A program made the translations under genes and the position numbers. Shown here in pieces: positions 55,771-64,000 of a stretch of DNA of 64,000 nucleotides. The DNA comes from an uncultured delta proteobacterium (GTDB lineage: Bacteria; Desulfobacterota; Syntrophorhabdia; Syntrophorhabdales; WCHB1-27). The notes under the pieces were generated by a model. The model was not told the origin of the DNA, made no database searches, and worked only from the letters and a program-made list of their open reading frames with translations. The stretch covers positions 32,001-96,000 of the forward strand of contig CAWEPK010000012.1 in assembly GCA_963810935.1 (NCBI GenBank), read 5' to 3'. How positions within the stretch are numbered: the first letter of the stretch is position 1; every line of letters starts with the position of its first letter.

Positions 55771-56792
55771 CGAAGGCTTCATACTCATTACCGTGCTGCT
55801 CGTGATAGCGGTGCTTTTCCCGCTTATCCTCATGTTCAACGCCAAGGTGCAGCTCAACCTCATCCAGGCGGAGAATTTCAGGAACTCCGTCCAGGCGATC
55901 CGCATGGCGCGCTCCGGCGTCGAAGGAGCCATAGGCATCTTGAAACAGGACGACGCGAGCTTCGATTCGAAGAGGGACAAATGGGCCTCCCCCTTCCCCG
56001 GCCTCTCCCTCGGCAACGGCATTCTTGCGGTAACGATCAACGACGAGGACGCAAAGATCCCGATCAACAACCTGGTTGGGACAGTCAAGGATAACTCGGC
56101 CCAGACGGCCGCTGCCCAGGGGACGACGGGCTCTTCGACGCAGGCGGCGGCACAATCGACAACCGGCAAGGTCGTCAACGACCAGATAGACCAGGACCTG
56201 AACGCGCGCCTCCGGGCCCTCATCACTAAGCTCGGCGGTAAGCCGGAGATTGTCGATGCCCTTATCGACTGGATGGACTCGAACAATGAAGTGACGGGGA
56301 GCGAAGGCGCGGAGGACGATTATTACAGGCAGAAGGGCTACCGCTGCAAGAACGGGCCTCTCGACTCCATAGAAGAGCCTCTCCCTCGTCAAGGGGTTCG
56401 ACAAAGAGCTGCTGGTGGACAAGGACCTGAAGAGCTACCTGACCGTAGCGCCGACGGACGGCAAGGTGAACGCCAATACATCGTCGCTCATGGTCCTCCA
56501 GACCGTGCTCGAAACCCGGACCACAGGGCTCGCCCAACCCCTGCCCGACGGAGACGTGCAGGACCTCGTCCGCTACAGGGACGAGCACGACCTGAAAACC
56601 ATGAACGACCTCACTGCCGCGGTAAAGATAAGCCAGACCCAGGCTGCGACCATCACGCCCCTCGTAAAGGTTAACTCCACTTACTTTAATGTCCGCAGCA
56701 GGTATACTATAGGCAGGGTGGTAAAGAACGTTGAGGCCCTTCTGAAAAGAGATTCTTCGACGGTGACGACCATTTCATGGAGGGAATTTTGA
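55754..56792 (+). CDS. gspK: Type II secretion minor pseudopilin GspK (apparent frameshift near 56378)
   Basis: G|FILITVLLVIA, I.DEDAKI.IN, DALIDW.D, GAE..YY....Y.CKN, EL.LVKGF, KVNANT, ISWREF. Confidence 0.88.
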
Positions 56793-58093
56793 GAAAGAGA
56801 GGCGCGGCTATAATTCAGCGAAACAGCGGCTGGTGCGGAGTAACGCTCTCGGCGCGGGATGGGAAGATAGCCGACTTGAAGGTCCAGGAGAAAGACGACC
56901 TTTCCGCGCTCCAGGCAGAGCTGGCCGAAGTGGGATACGGCATCGCCGTCGATAACGGCTCGGGGTACCTCTTTACCCTCACCTTCCCATTCACGGACAG
57001 GCGGAGGATAAGGATGGTCATAGGAGGAGAGCTGGAGGAGAGGCTCCCCGTCTCCGTCGAGGACCTGACAATCGATTTCATGGAGGCGGCGAAAGGCACC
57101 GTGCTGGCCGCCGCAGTCCCCAGGTCGCTCACGGATACCATCGCCCAGGACAAGCACGTGCGCATAACGACGATGCAGGCGATAGCGGTCCTGCATGCCC
57201 TCAGGTGGCTCAACGTCGTCTACCACGGGGATTTCGTCTTCCTCCACCAGAACGGGAGCACGATGGTCGTGATGGCCTTCAAGGCCGACCGCCTCTGCTA
57301 CCTCAGGCAGTTCTTCCACACCTCCCAATCGGACGCCCTCGACGAGGCGTTCAGGGAGATAGCGGAAGACAAGACATTAACCCCGCGCGCGTACTTCATG
57401 GTGAGCGACGCAGCAGACGCGCAGCCCCTGAAGCAGCACCTTGAGCGGACGTTCAATATACGCGTGGAGACGCCTTCGCTGAAGCACATCCTCATGGATG
57501 AATCCGCCGAGGACTGGCTGTGGCCGGCCGTCGGCGCCGCCCTGCTCTCCATCACGCCCAAAGGCAGGATCAACCTGACGGGGGACAGGCGCAACGCCGC
57601 CCTCTTCCTCTTCACCAAGACGGCCCTGTACGGGTCCGTCGCCCTTGCGTGCGCCGGCATCCTTATCACGGCCCTCTTCTCCCTGGACCATTACTTCAAG
57701 GAGAGCGCCTATCAGTTCCTCGTATCGGAGCAGAGCCGGATTTACAGGGTCTCCTTCCCGAAATCGCCCCCCGTGAGGGAGCCGGTTAAGATGTTCCGCG
57801 AAAAGATAAGGCTTTTCGACAAGGAGCCCGGCTCCGTGGCCGTCGGCGCGAACCCGCTGGCCGTCCTCAACGAGATCAGCGCAAAAATCGGGCCCGAAAT
57901 AGACGTCAAGCTAAACGAGTTCACATCCGACGAGAAGGAGTTCTCCATGACGGGCACGACCGTCTCCTTCGCATCGATAGAAAAGATAAAGGCGGCCCTC
58001 GAGCAGATAAGGGGGGTCTCGCAGGTGGAGATGGAGAACCTGGACCTTGCGGCAGGCAAGCAGGTGAAATTCAAAATAAGGGGTAGATTATGA
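56777..58093 (+). CDS. gspL: Type II secretion protein GspL-like
   Basis: L.FPF.DRRRIR.VI..ELEERLP..VEDL..DF cytoplasmic domain, single TM, periplasmic ferredoxin-like domain; position in cluster. Confidence 0.75.
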   Translation: MEGILRKRGAAIIQRNSGWCGVTLSARDGKIADLKVQEKDDLSALQAELAEVGYGIAVDNGSGYLFTLTFPFTDRRRIRMVIGGELEERLPVSVEDLTIDFMEAAKGTVLAAAVPRSLTDTIAQDKHVRITTMQAIAVLHALRWLNVVYHGDFVFLHQNGSTMVVMAFKADRLCYLRQFFHTSQSDALDEAFREIAEDKTLTPRAYFMVSDAADAQPLKQHLERTFNIRVETPSLKHILMDESAEDWLWPAVGAALLSITPKGRINLTGDRRNAALFLFTKTALYGSVALACAGILITALFSLDHYFKESAYQFLVSEQSRIYRVSFPKSPPVREPVKMFREKIRLFDKEPGSVAVGANPLAVLNEISAKIGPEIDVKLNEFTSDEKEFSMTGTTVSFASIEKIKAALEQIRGVSQVEMENLDLAAGKQVKFKIRGRL

Positions 58094-58608
58094 ACGTCCC
58101 CGAAAGGCTGCGCGCCGTCCCGCAAAATATCTGGGTCATCGTCTTCATCGGCGTTTTCGCCATCTCGGCCCTTTTCGCCTATTTCACGAGCGAGGACACG
58201 CGCGTCCTCGAAAAGAGAATACAGTCGAGGCAGAAGGATTACGCCGAGGTGCTTCAATTGAAAGACATATACGAAGCCAGGAAGCGCGCAGCCGACAGGG
58301 CCGTGCAGGGGCACGTCGAGAAGCGCCCTGTGACGCTGGCTTCGGTAGAGGAGCTGGTGGGTAAGACATTCGTCGGGGGCGCCCTCTCGACCCTTCATCC
58401 GGTGACAGAGAAGGGCGACAAGGGCGCGCAGCAGATGGCCGTCGAGATAAAGATGATCAACGTGCCCCTCGGTGAAGTGATCTCGTTCGTCAAGAACGCA
58501 GAAGCGTACGGCTTCGCTGTGGGCAAGCTGCGGCTCTCCCTGCCGGCGAACAATACCGGTGCGCTTGAGATGCAGGCCACCGTGATGGAGAGGCGCTCAA
58601 ATGGTTAA
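58090..58608 (+). CDS. gspM: Type II secretion protein GspM-like
   Basis: N-terminal TM, coiled coil and small periplasmic domain; position between gspL and gspN. Confidence 0.65.
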   Translation: MNVPERLRAVPQNIWVIVFIGVFAISALFAYFTSEDTRVLEKRIQSRQKDYAEVLQLKDIYEARKRAADRAVQGHVEKRPVTLASVEELVGKTFVGGALSTLHPVTEKGDKGAQQMAVEIKMINVPLGEVISFVKNAEAYGFAVGKLRLSLPANNTGALEMQATVMERRSNG

Positions 58609-59695
58609 GCGAAAAGACCTTCCCTTTTATGCCTGCGTGCTGGGATGGGCGGTCTTCGTCGCGGCCCTCACCGTCTACCTCTTCTTCCCTTACCAGAAGG
58701 CGCTGCGGCTCGCCCTGCAGAACGTGCTCGGCTCGGGAAGGATCGCGGTTTCAATGGAAGGCGTAACGACGAAGCTGATGGGCATCGGGGCGTCAAGGGT
58801 CTATCTCAAGCCGGACGGGGCAAGAGGGCAGACTGTCCCCTTCGAGCTTTCGAACATCGACATTTTCTGGAACCCCCTGTCGCTTTTGACCGGGAAGCTC
58901 ACGATCCACTCCAAGGCGTCCCTTTACGGCGGCGTGCTTAAATGCGTCCTGCGGGGCTCTCCGATGATGGGGCCCTCCTCGAACCCGAATGTATCCCTCA
59001 CCCTCGAGCATGTGAACCTGGGCGGGTGCCCGGAAGGCGTGCTACCGTGGTTCAAGGGCATGACAGGCATACTCGACGGCGTCATCAAGAAGGAGACGCC
59101 CCCCGGACGGCCGGACAAGCAGGTGGGCTCCTTCCGCCTCAACCTTAAAAGCGGGCAGGTGAAAGACCTTCAGATCGCTAACATGCCGCGCCTCATCATC
59201 CCCTACCAGGAGATCGCAATAGAGGGGAAGATAGACGGGCCGCGGATTAATATCGCGAAGCTGGCCCTGATGAGCGATTTCGTCTCTCTCACCGGGTCGG
59301 GCTTCGTCGAATCGGGAGAGGTCGAGCAGACTATCGACATGAAGCTCTCTTACGAGGGCCGCTCAGCGGCCTTCCCCCTCAAGGGCAAAGGCACCATCAA
59401 CATAACCGGCAGCCAAAGCGCGCCTATAGTTTCCGTTGCCTTCCTGGACGCCCCGAAAGGACCGGAAAACCTGAAGCAGGCTGCGGCGCCGGCGGGCGTG
59501 CCGGCTACACCGGCTGCGGCAGTACAGCCGGGTCAGCGGGTCGTGTCGCCAAGCGTCCTGCCCGGCACGCCGGCAGGGGCGGCGCGGCCGGTTATTCAGC
59601 CTGCCGCGGCCTCCGGTCAGGGGGTGCGGCAGCAGGGCGCGCAAGCGCCTGCTGCGGCAGGGCCGGGAGCACTTCCACGGCGGGACACGCGTTGA
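58601..59695 (+). CDS. gspN: Type II secretion protein GspN-like with Pro/Ala-rich tail
   Basis: TM ending YLFFPY, PLSLLTG...ASLYGG, G.I.I.GS..AP pattern as in deltaproteobacterial GspN. Confidence 0.7.
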   Translation: MVKRKDLPFYACVLGWAVFVAALTVYLFFPYQKALRLALQNVLGSGRIAVSMEGVTTKLMGIGASRVYLKPDGARGQTVPFELSNIDIFWNPLSLLTGKLTIHSKASLYGGVLKCVLRGSPMMGPSSNPNVSLTLEHVNLGGCPEGVLPWFKGMTGILDGVIKKETPPGRPDKQVGSFRLNLKSGQVKDLQIANMPRLIIPYQEIAIEGKIDGPRINIAKLALMSDFVSLTGSGFVESGEVEQTIDMKLSYEGRSAAFPLKGKGTINITGSQSAPIVSVAFLDAPKGPENLKQAAAPAGVPATPAAAVQPGQRVVSPSVLPGTPAGAARPVIQPAAASGQGVRQQGAQAPAAAGPGALPRRDTR

Positions 59696-59874
59696 CATCG
59701 TGCGGGTGATAATGGTACCCTATATGTCAAGAACTACAAGAGAATTCGCGAGACAGGGCTACTCGACAACTCCGGCCGCTTCATGCGGTTTGGCCACAAG
59801 GTGCATCGACGCCGGGGCCGGAAAACCGGAAGACGGAAACAAGATCGTAGGAAATCAAGGGCTATCTGAACAAT

Positions 59875-60777
59875 ATGCGATACGATAGAAAGAAGGGGAT
59901 CATTCTAGGCGTTTCCACCCTCGCGGGGGTGATCGCAGGAGCGATCGTCCTTATGATGATTAACGCCTCGTTCCTCAAGGCGCCCGACGGGCCGCCCCAG
60001 ATGGCTGCGGCCGTGGCCGCCCTCAGGACCGCCGGTACGCAGGCCGCCCCCAGCGGGCCGGACTACGCCGCCATCACGAAGAGGAACCTCTTCAGGGCTA
60101 AGCTGGAGGTAGAGGTCCCGAAGCAGAAAACGGCCGCCGAGATAGAGGAAGAGACGCTTGCCGGCATCGTGAAGACAATGGCGCTTAAAGGGGTTATGCT
60201 GGGCGCCCGCAAGCGCGACAACTACGCGATCATCGACAGGGGCGGACCGAAGGGTGTATGGGCCTATGAGATCGGCGAAGTAATCGAGAGCGGCCTTGCC
60301 CTCAAAGAGATCAGGAAGGACTCCGTGCGCCTCCAGAAGGGGGACTTCGATATAGTGCTGAGGCTTTTCGCGTCCGCAGCCGAGCGCTCCAAAGGGGCGA
60401 GCATACCTTCGCCTGCTGCAAAGCGCGTTGTCGCAAAGATCGAAGCCGGGAAGGACGATATAAAGAGAGAGGGGTCGGTCACGCGCATCTCCAAGGCTTT
60501 GGCGGACCGGCTCAAAGCGGACGGCAATACGCTCATGTCTTCGATAGCGATCAAGCCGATGGCGGATGGGGTGAAGGTCGTCGCGGTGGACCAGGGGAGC
60601 ATAGCGCAGAAGATGGGCATAACACCCGACGATACACTACAGGAAGTGAACGGGCAAAAGCTCTCTTCGGCCAACGATATGAACCAGGTCTACGATGCGC
60701 TGAAGAACGCGACCGCCTTTGAAGTTAAGGTTTTACGGGGCGGGAAGTCAGAGACGCTCCGCTATGAGATAAGATAG
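59875..60777 (+). CDS. gspC: Type II secretion protein GspC (TM + HR + PDZ)
   Basis: I..RNLF, LKGV.......AII, IGE.I, PDZ (GS...KMGI...D....VNG), V.V.RGG......YEIR. Confidence 0.85.
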   Translation: MRYDRKKGIILGVSTLAGVIAGAIVLMMINASFLKAPDGPPQMAAAVAALRTAGTQAAPSGPDYAAITKRNLFRAKLEVEVPKQKTAAEIEEETLAGIVKTMALKGVMLGARKRDNYAIIDRGGPKGVWAYEIGEVIESGLALKEIRKDSVRLQKGDFDIVLRLFASAAERSKGASIPSPAAKRVVAKIEAGKDDIKREGSVTRISKALADRLKADGNTLMSSIAIKPMADGVKVVAVDQGSIAQKMGITPDDTLQEVNGQKLSSANDMNQVYDALKNATAFEVKVLRGGKSETLRYEIR

Positions 60778-60798
60778 GTTAAGCGCGAGGGGTGATCG

Positions 60799-62853
60799 TT
60801 GCTGCACAGAAAGAGCGCACTATTTGTATGGCCCTGCCTCGCCCTGGCCCTGGCCGTCTCGCAGACAGCCATGGCCCAGAGCGACAGGGGCGGTCCGGCT
60901 TCGCTGCCCGAGGGCGTTGTAGTGCGCGTCGAGGCTGCGGCCCCGGCCGGCCCCTCCCAGCCGTCCGATATTAAGCCGCCGCAGGCACCGCCCCAGCAGG
61001 TAACGCAGGCACCGCCGGCACCGCCGGCGTCATCATCCCAGGCGGCCGCTTCCTCTACCCGGGAACCCGATACGTCCCAGCCGCCTGTACCGCCAACCGT
61101 GACCCAGGCGCCTCCTCTTGCGCCTGCGCCTTCGCTTGCGCCCGAAAAAGCGGCACCGCCTTCGTCACCCCCGGCCCAGCCTGCGCCGGAAGCCAGGTCG
61201 CCCGTCCGGGCCCGTCCCGTGACCCCCCCGTCGCAGGGGGGCCTGGTACAGATGCAGTTCGACAATATCGAGCTGCGGGACCTTATCAGGTTCGTCAGCA
61301 ACATCATGGGGAGGAACTTTATTTACGACGAGGCGATCGTCAAAGGCAGGGTAACGGTGCTCTCGCCGAGGACCCTCAGCAAGGAAGAGGTCTTCAGGGT
61401 TTTCGAGAGCGTCCTCAACTATTTCGGCTTCACGATCATGGCGACGCCGGAGGCCGATAAGATAGTGAGGTCCGCGGACGCAAAGGGGATGGCGGTCGAG
61501 ACCCTCGACCGGAAGAAGTTTATGACCCTCTCCCCGGAAGAGCGGATAACGACGCTTGTCTACCCCCTCCATTACCTCGACTCCAACGCGATGGTCGGGG
61601 TCCTCAGGCCGCTCATGTCGAGGGACGCTTATCTCGTGAGCGTTGCCTCCGCCAACTCGCTCATCCTCATCGATACGTCGGCGAACCTCCAGAGGCTCAG
61701 GACGGTCATCGAAGAGGTCGATATCCCCGTCTCCCGCCAGCTTTCCGGGATCGAGGTTTACAACGTGCAGCATACGAACGCGGCAGACCTGGCCAAGTCG
61801 CTGCAAGCCCTTCTCGCCGAAGGGAAGAAGGCGGCGACGCCGAGGGAGAAGGTCTTCATCACCGCCTATGCCCCGTCAAACTCGCTGCTCATCAGCGCGC
61901 CCCCTGAAGACATCAGGGAGATAAGGCGCATCGTGGACGAGATCGACACGTACAAGCCGCAGGTGCTCGTCGAGGCCGCGATCATAGAGCTGTCCCTCCA
62001 GAAGACGCAGACCCTGGGCGTCGAGTGGGTCGTCGGCGGCGCGGCCAACGGATCGAAGATCATCGGCGGAAATATCATAAGCACGAGCGCAGCCACGGGC
62101 GGCGCCCTCGTTCCCCTGGCAGCGGGCATCGCCGCGAACCAGCCGGCTACCGCACTCGGCGCGCTCAAGTCCGGGCTCAATATAGGCGTAGTGGGGCAGA
62201 CGATAAACTTCGGCGGCATCTCGTTCCCGAGCGTCCAGTCCTTCGTACAGGCCCTGGCTGCCGACGTTAAGACGAACGTCCTCGCCACGCCCCAGCTTCT
62301 GACCCTCAACAACGAAGAGGCGGAGGTGCTCATAGGCTCCAACGTGCCTTACACGACCAGCGTGCGCCTCGACTCCGCCGGCAACCCGATCACGAACTTC
62401 GACTATCGCGACGTGGGCGTGAAGCTGAAGGTAAAGCCCTACATCAACAAGGACGGCCTCGTCTATCTCAACATCTTCACCGAGGTCACGCAGATAACGA
62501 GCACGCTGGCCACGGTCGGCTCGGGGCAGCAGCCCGCGCCGACGACGACGAAGCGGTCCACGAAGACGACGGTCGGCGTCAGGGACGCCCAGACCATCGT
62601 CATAAGCGGCATCATCCAGGATACGCTCTCCGACACGGAGCAGGGCGTGCCGCTGCTCAGCTCCATCCCTATTCTCGGAAGGCTCTTCCAGTACAGTGCA
62701 AAGAGCGACCAGAAAGTGAACCTCCTCGTTTTCCTCACGCCGAGGATAATCTACGACGCGAAGACGCTCACAAAGATAAGCGAGGAGAAGAAGGCGCTGC
62801 AGCAGAAGCTGCTCGTGCCACCCGACAAAATGCAACTTCAAGGACAGAAGTAA
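60799..62853 (+). CDS. gspD: Type II secretion secretin GspD
   Basis: N0 (F.NIELRD.I..VS..MGRNFI), two Secretin_N repeats, [58 protein letters not shown]. Confidence 0.93.
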   Translation: MLHRKSALFVWPCLALALAVSQTAMAQSDRGGPASLPEGVVVRVEAAAPAGPSQPSDIKPPQAPPQQVTQAPPAPPASSSQAAASSTREPDTSQPPVPPTVTQAPPLAPAPSLAPEKAAPPSSPPAQPAPEARSPVRARPVTPPSQGGLVQMQFDNIELRDLIRFVSNIMGRNFIYDEAIVKGRVTVLSPRTLSKEEVFRVFESVLNYFGFTIMATPEADKIVRSADAKGMAVETLDRKKFMTLSPEERITTLVYPLHYLDSNAMVGVLRPLMSRDAYLVSVASANSLILIDTSANLQRLRTVIEEVDIPVSRQLSGIEVYNVQHTNAADLAKSLQALLAEGKKAATPREKVFITAYAPSNSLLISAPPEDIREIRRIVDEIDTYKPQVLVEAAIIELSLQKTQTLGVEWVVGGAANGSKIIGGNIISTSAATGGALVPLAAGIAANQPATALGALKSGLNIGVVGQTINFGGISFPSVQSFVQALAADVKTNVLATPQLLTLNNEEAEVLIGSNVPYTTSVRLDSAGNPITNFDYRDVGVKLKVKPYINKDGLVYLNIFTEVTQITSTLATVGSGQQPAPTTTKRSTKTTVGVRDAQTIVISGIIQDTLSDTEQGVPLLSSIPILGRLFQYSAKSDQKVNLLVFLTPRIIYDAKTLTKISEEKKALQQKLLVPPDKMQLQGQK

Positions 62854-64000
62854 TGGAATCTTTGGCAGCACGCGATCAAGAGCTGGCGCCGGTCCCGAAC
62901 CGCATAGCCAGGATACACCACTCGTTCTTCCAGAAGAACGGCGTCGTCCCGTTGGGCGTCAAGGACGACCCCCCTACGCTCGTCGTCGCGGTCTGCGATG
63001 ACGAGCTGGGCTCGCGCTCCGACGTGCTCGGGATCTTCTCGAACATGGCCATCGAGAAGAAACGCGTGCCGAAGGAGCAGTTCCTCGAATTCCTGAACGT
63101 CTTCAGGGAGGAGCAGGGCAGAGAGGTCGTGATCGGCGTCGTCGAGGACTTAGGCGAGACCGCCCTTACGGAGATCGCCCAGGAGATACCGAGCGGCCAC
63201 GACCTGCTCGACGACGCGGCGAACGAGCCGCCCATCATCAAGCTGGTCAACCTGCTCTTCTCCATCGCGGCAAAGGACAGGGCGAGCGACATACACATCC
63301 AGCCCCTAGAAAAAGACCTGCGCGTCCGCTACAGGATAGATGGGCTCCTTTACGACACGTACAAGCCCCCGAAGCGGGCGCAGAACGCCATCGTGTCGAG
63401 GATCAAGGTCATGGCGGGCCTCGACGTGGCCGAAAAAAGGCTCCCGCAGGACGGAAGGATCAAGGTGCGGGTCAACGACAAGGACATCGACGTCCGCGTC
63501 TCGATCATACCGTCCGCGTACGGGGAGCAGGTGGTCATGCGCCTCCTCGACAAGGCTGCGGCGCTCATCGGACTCGACTCGATGGGTATGACGGGCGAGT
63601 TGGAGAAGAAGGTCGTTTCCCTCATCACGAGGCCGCAGGGCGTCTTTCTCGTCACGGGCCCGACAGGCAGCGGCAAGACGACGACGCTTTATGCCGTACT
63701 ACAGTACATCAACACGCCGGAGAAGAATATATTGACCGTCGAAGACCCGGTTGAGTATATCCTCCAGGGCATCGGCCAGATACAGATCAACCCGAAGATA
63801 CAGCTCGATTTTGCAAGGGCCCTTCGGTCTTTTTTGCGGCAGGACCCGGACGTTATCATGGTAGGCGAGGTAAGGGATGAAGAGACGGCGAGGATCGCCA
63901 TACAGGCGGCCCTCACCGGCCACCTTGTCTTTTCGACGCTCCACACGAACGACTCGCCGAGCGCCCTTACGAGACTCGTTGACATGGGCATCGAGTCTTA
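62853..64000 (+). CDS. gspE: Type II secretion ATPase GspE (3' end runs off the window)
   Basis: Manual translation from ATG 62853: [78 protein letters not shown]. Confidence 0.93.
   Translation, partial: MESLAARDQELAPVPNRIARIHHSFFQKNGVVPLGVKDDPPTLVVAVCDDELGSRSDVLGIFSNMAIEKKRVPKEQFLEFLNVFREEQGREVVIGVVEDLGETALTEIAQEIPSGHDLLDDAANEPPIIKLVNLLFSIAAKDRASDIHIQPLEKDLRVRYRIDGLLYDTYKPPKRAQNAIVSRIKVMAGLDVAEKRLPQDGRIKVRVNDKDIDVRVSIIPSAYGEQVVMRLLDKAAALIGLDSMGMTGELEKKVVSLITRPQGVFLVTGPTGSGKTTTLYAVLQYINTPEKNILTVEDPVEYILQGIGQIQINPKIQLDFARALRSFLRQDPDVIMVGEVRDEETARIAIQAALTGHLVFSTLHTNDSPSALTRLVDMGIES

Noticed and set aside
59692..59730. TTGACAT...ATGTCAA inverted repeat and 62-aa ORF between gspN and gspC
   Set aside because: Best explained as a -35-like promoter region for gspC; the arms are short and the ORF has no SD or recognisable features.

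Overview
GC-rich, gene-dense chromosomal window from an anaerobic Gram-negative bacterium. The gene content (Hdr/Mvh/ETF cluster, sigma54 systems, TRAP transporter, GspN-containing T2SS) suggests Desulfobacterota, possibly a Syntrophorhabdaceae-like syntroph; this is an inference. Left to right: (1) bamA-skp-lpxD-fabZ-lpxA-gnnA-like-lpxB-msbA envelope operon (minus strand), tRNA-Thr(CGT) and small accessory genes. (2) A ~20 kb catabolic module. A central PAS kinase/NtrC-type pair lies between two sigma54 promoters that share a 17-bp enhancer-like motif. Leftwards runs an 11-gene coupled operon: acyl-CoA dehydrogenase, soluble Fe-S/CCG protein, EtfBA, three different HdrA paralogues (one with a GltD-like NAD(P)H module), MvhD, FdhB-like protein and HdrCB. 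Rightwards run a TRAP transporter and an acyl-CoA ligase. (3) hicBA, trmI, a PRC-barrel protein, an acetolactate decarboxylase with a signal peptide, and an Mla operon whose ATPase carries a degenerate GGDEF-like domain. (4) An accessory stretch: two DUF3047-like proteins, a citG/mdcB remnant, a hydrolase, a large di-haem peroxidase-family protein, a deacetylase, a radical SAM enzyme, a 7-blade propeller lipoprotein, a protease, and signalling genes including a His-less pseudokinase downstream of a triple palindrome array. (5) An MFS transporter, a DUF192 protein with a 15-bp VNTR, and a permuted T2SS cluster gspJKLMN-CDE running off the end. About a dozen single-base frameshifts, one in lpxB, point to uncorrected sequencing indels rather than real pseudogenes. 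No CRISPR array, rRNA, integrase or transposase was seen. The best candidates for an undescribed system are the apparently soluble acyl-CoA dehydrogenase/ETF/triple-HdrA module with its sigma54 regulon, and the MlaF-GGDEF fusion.
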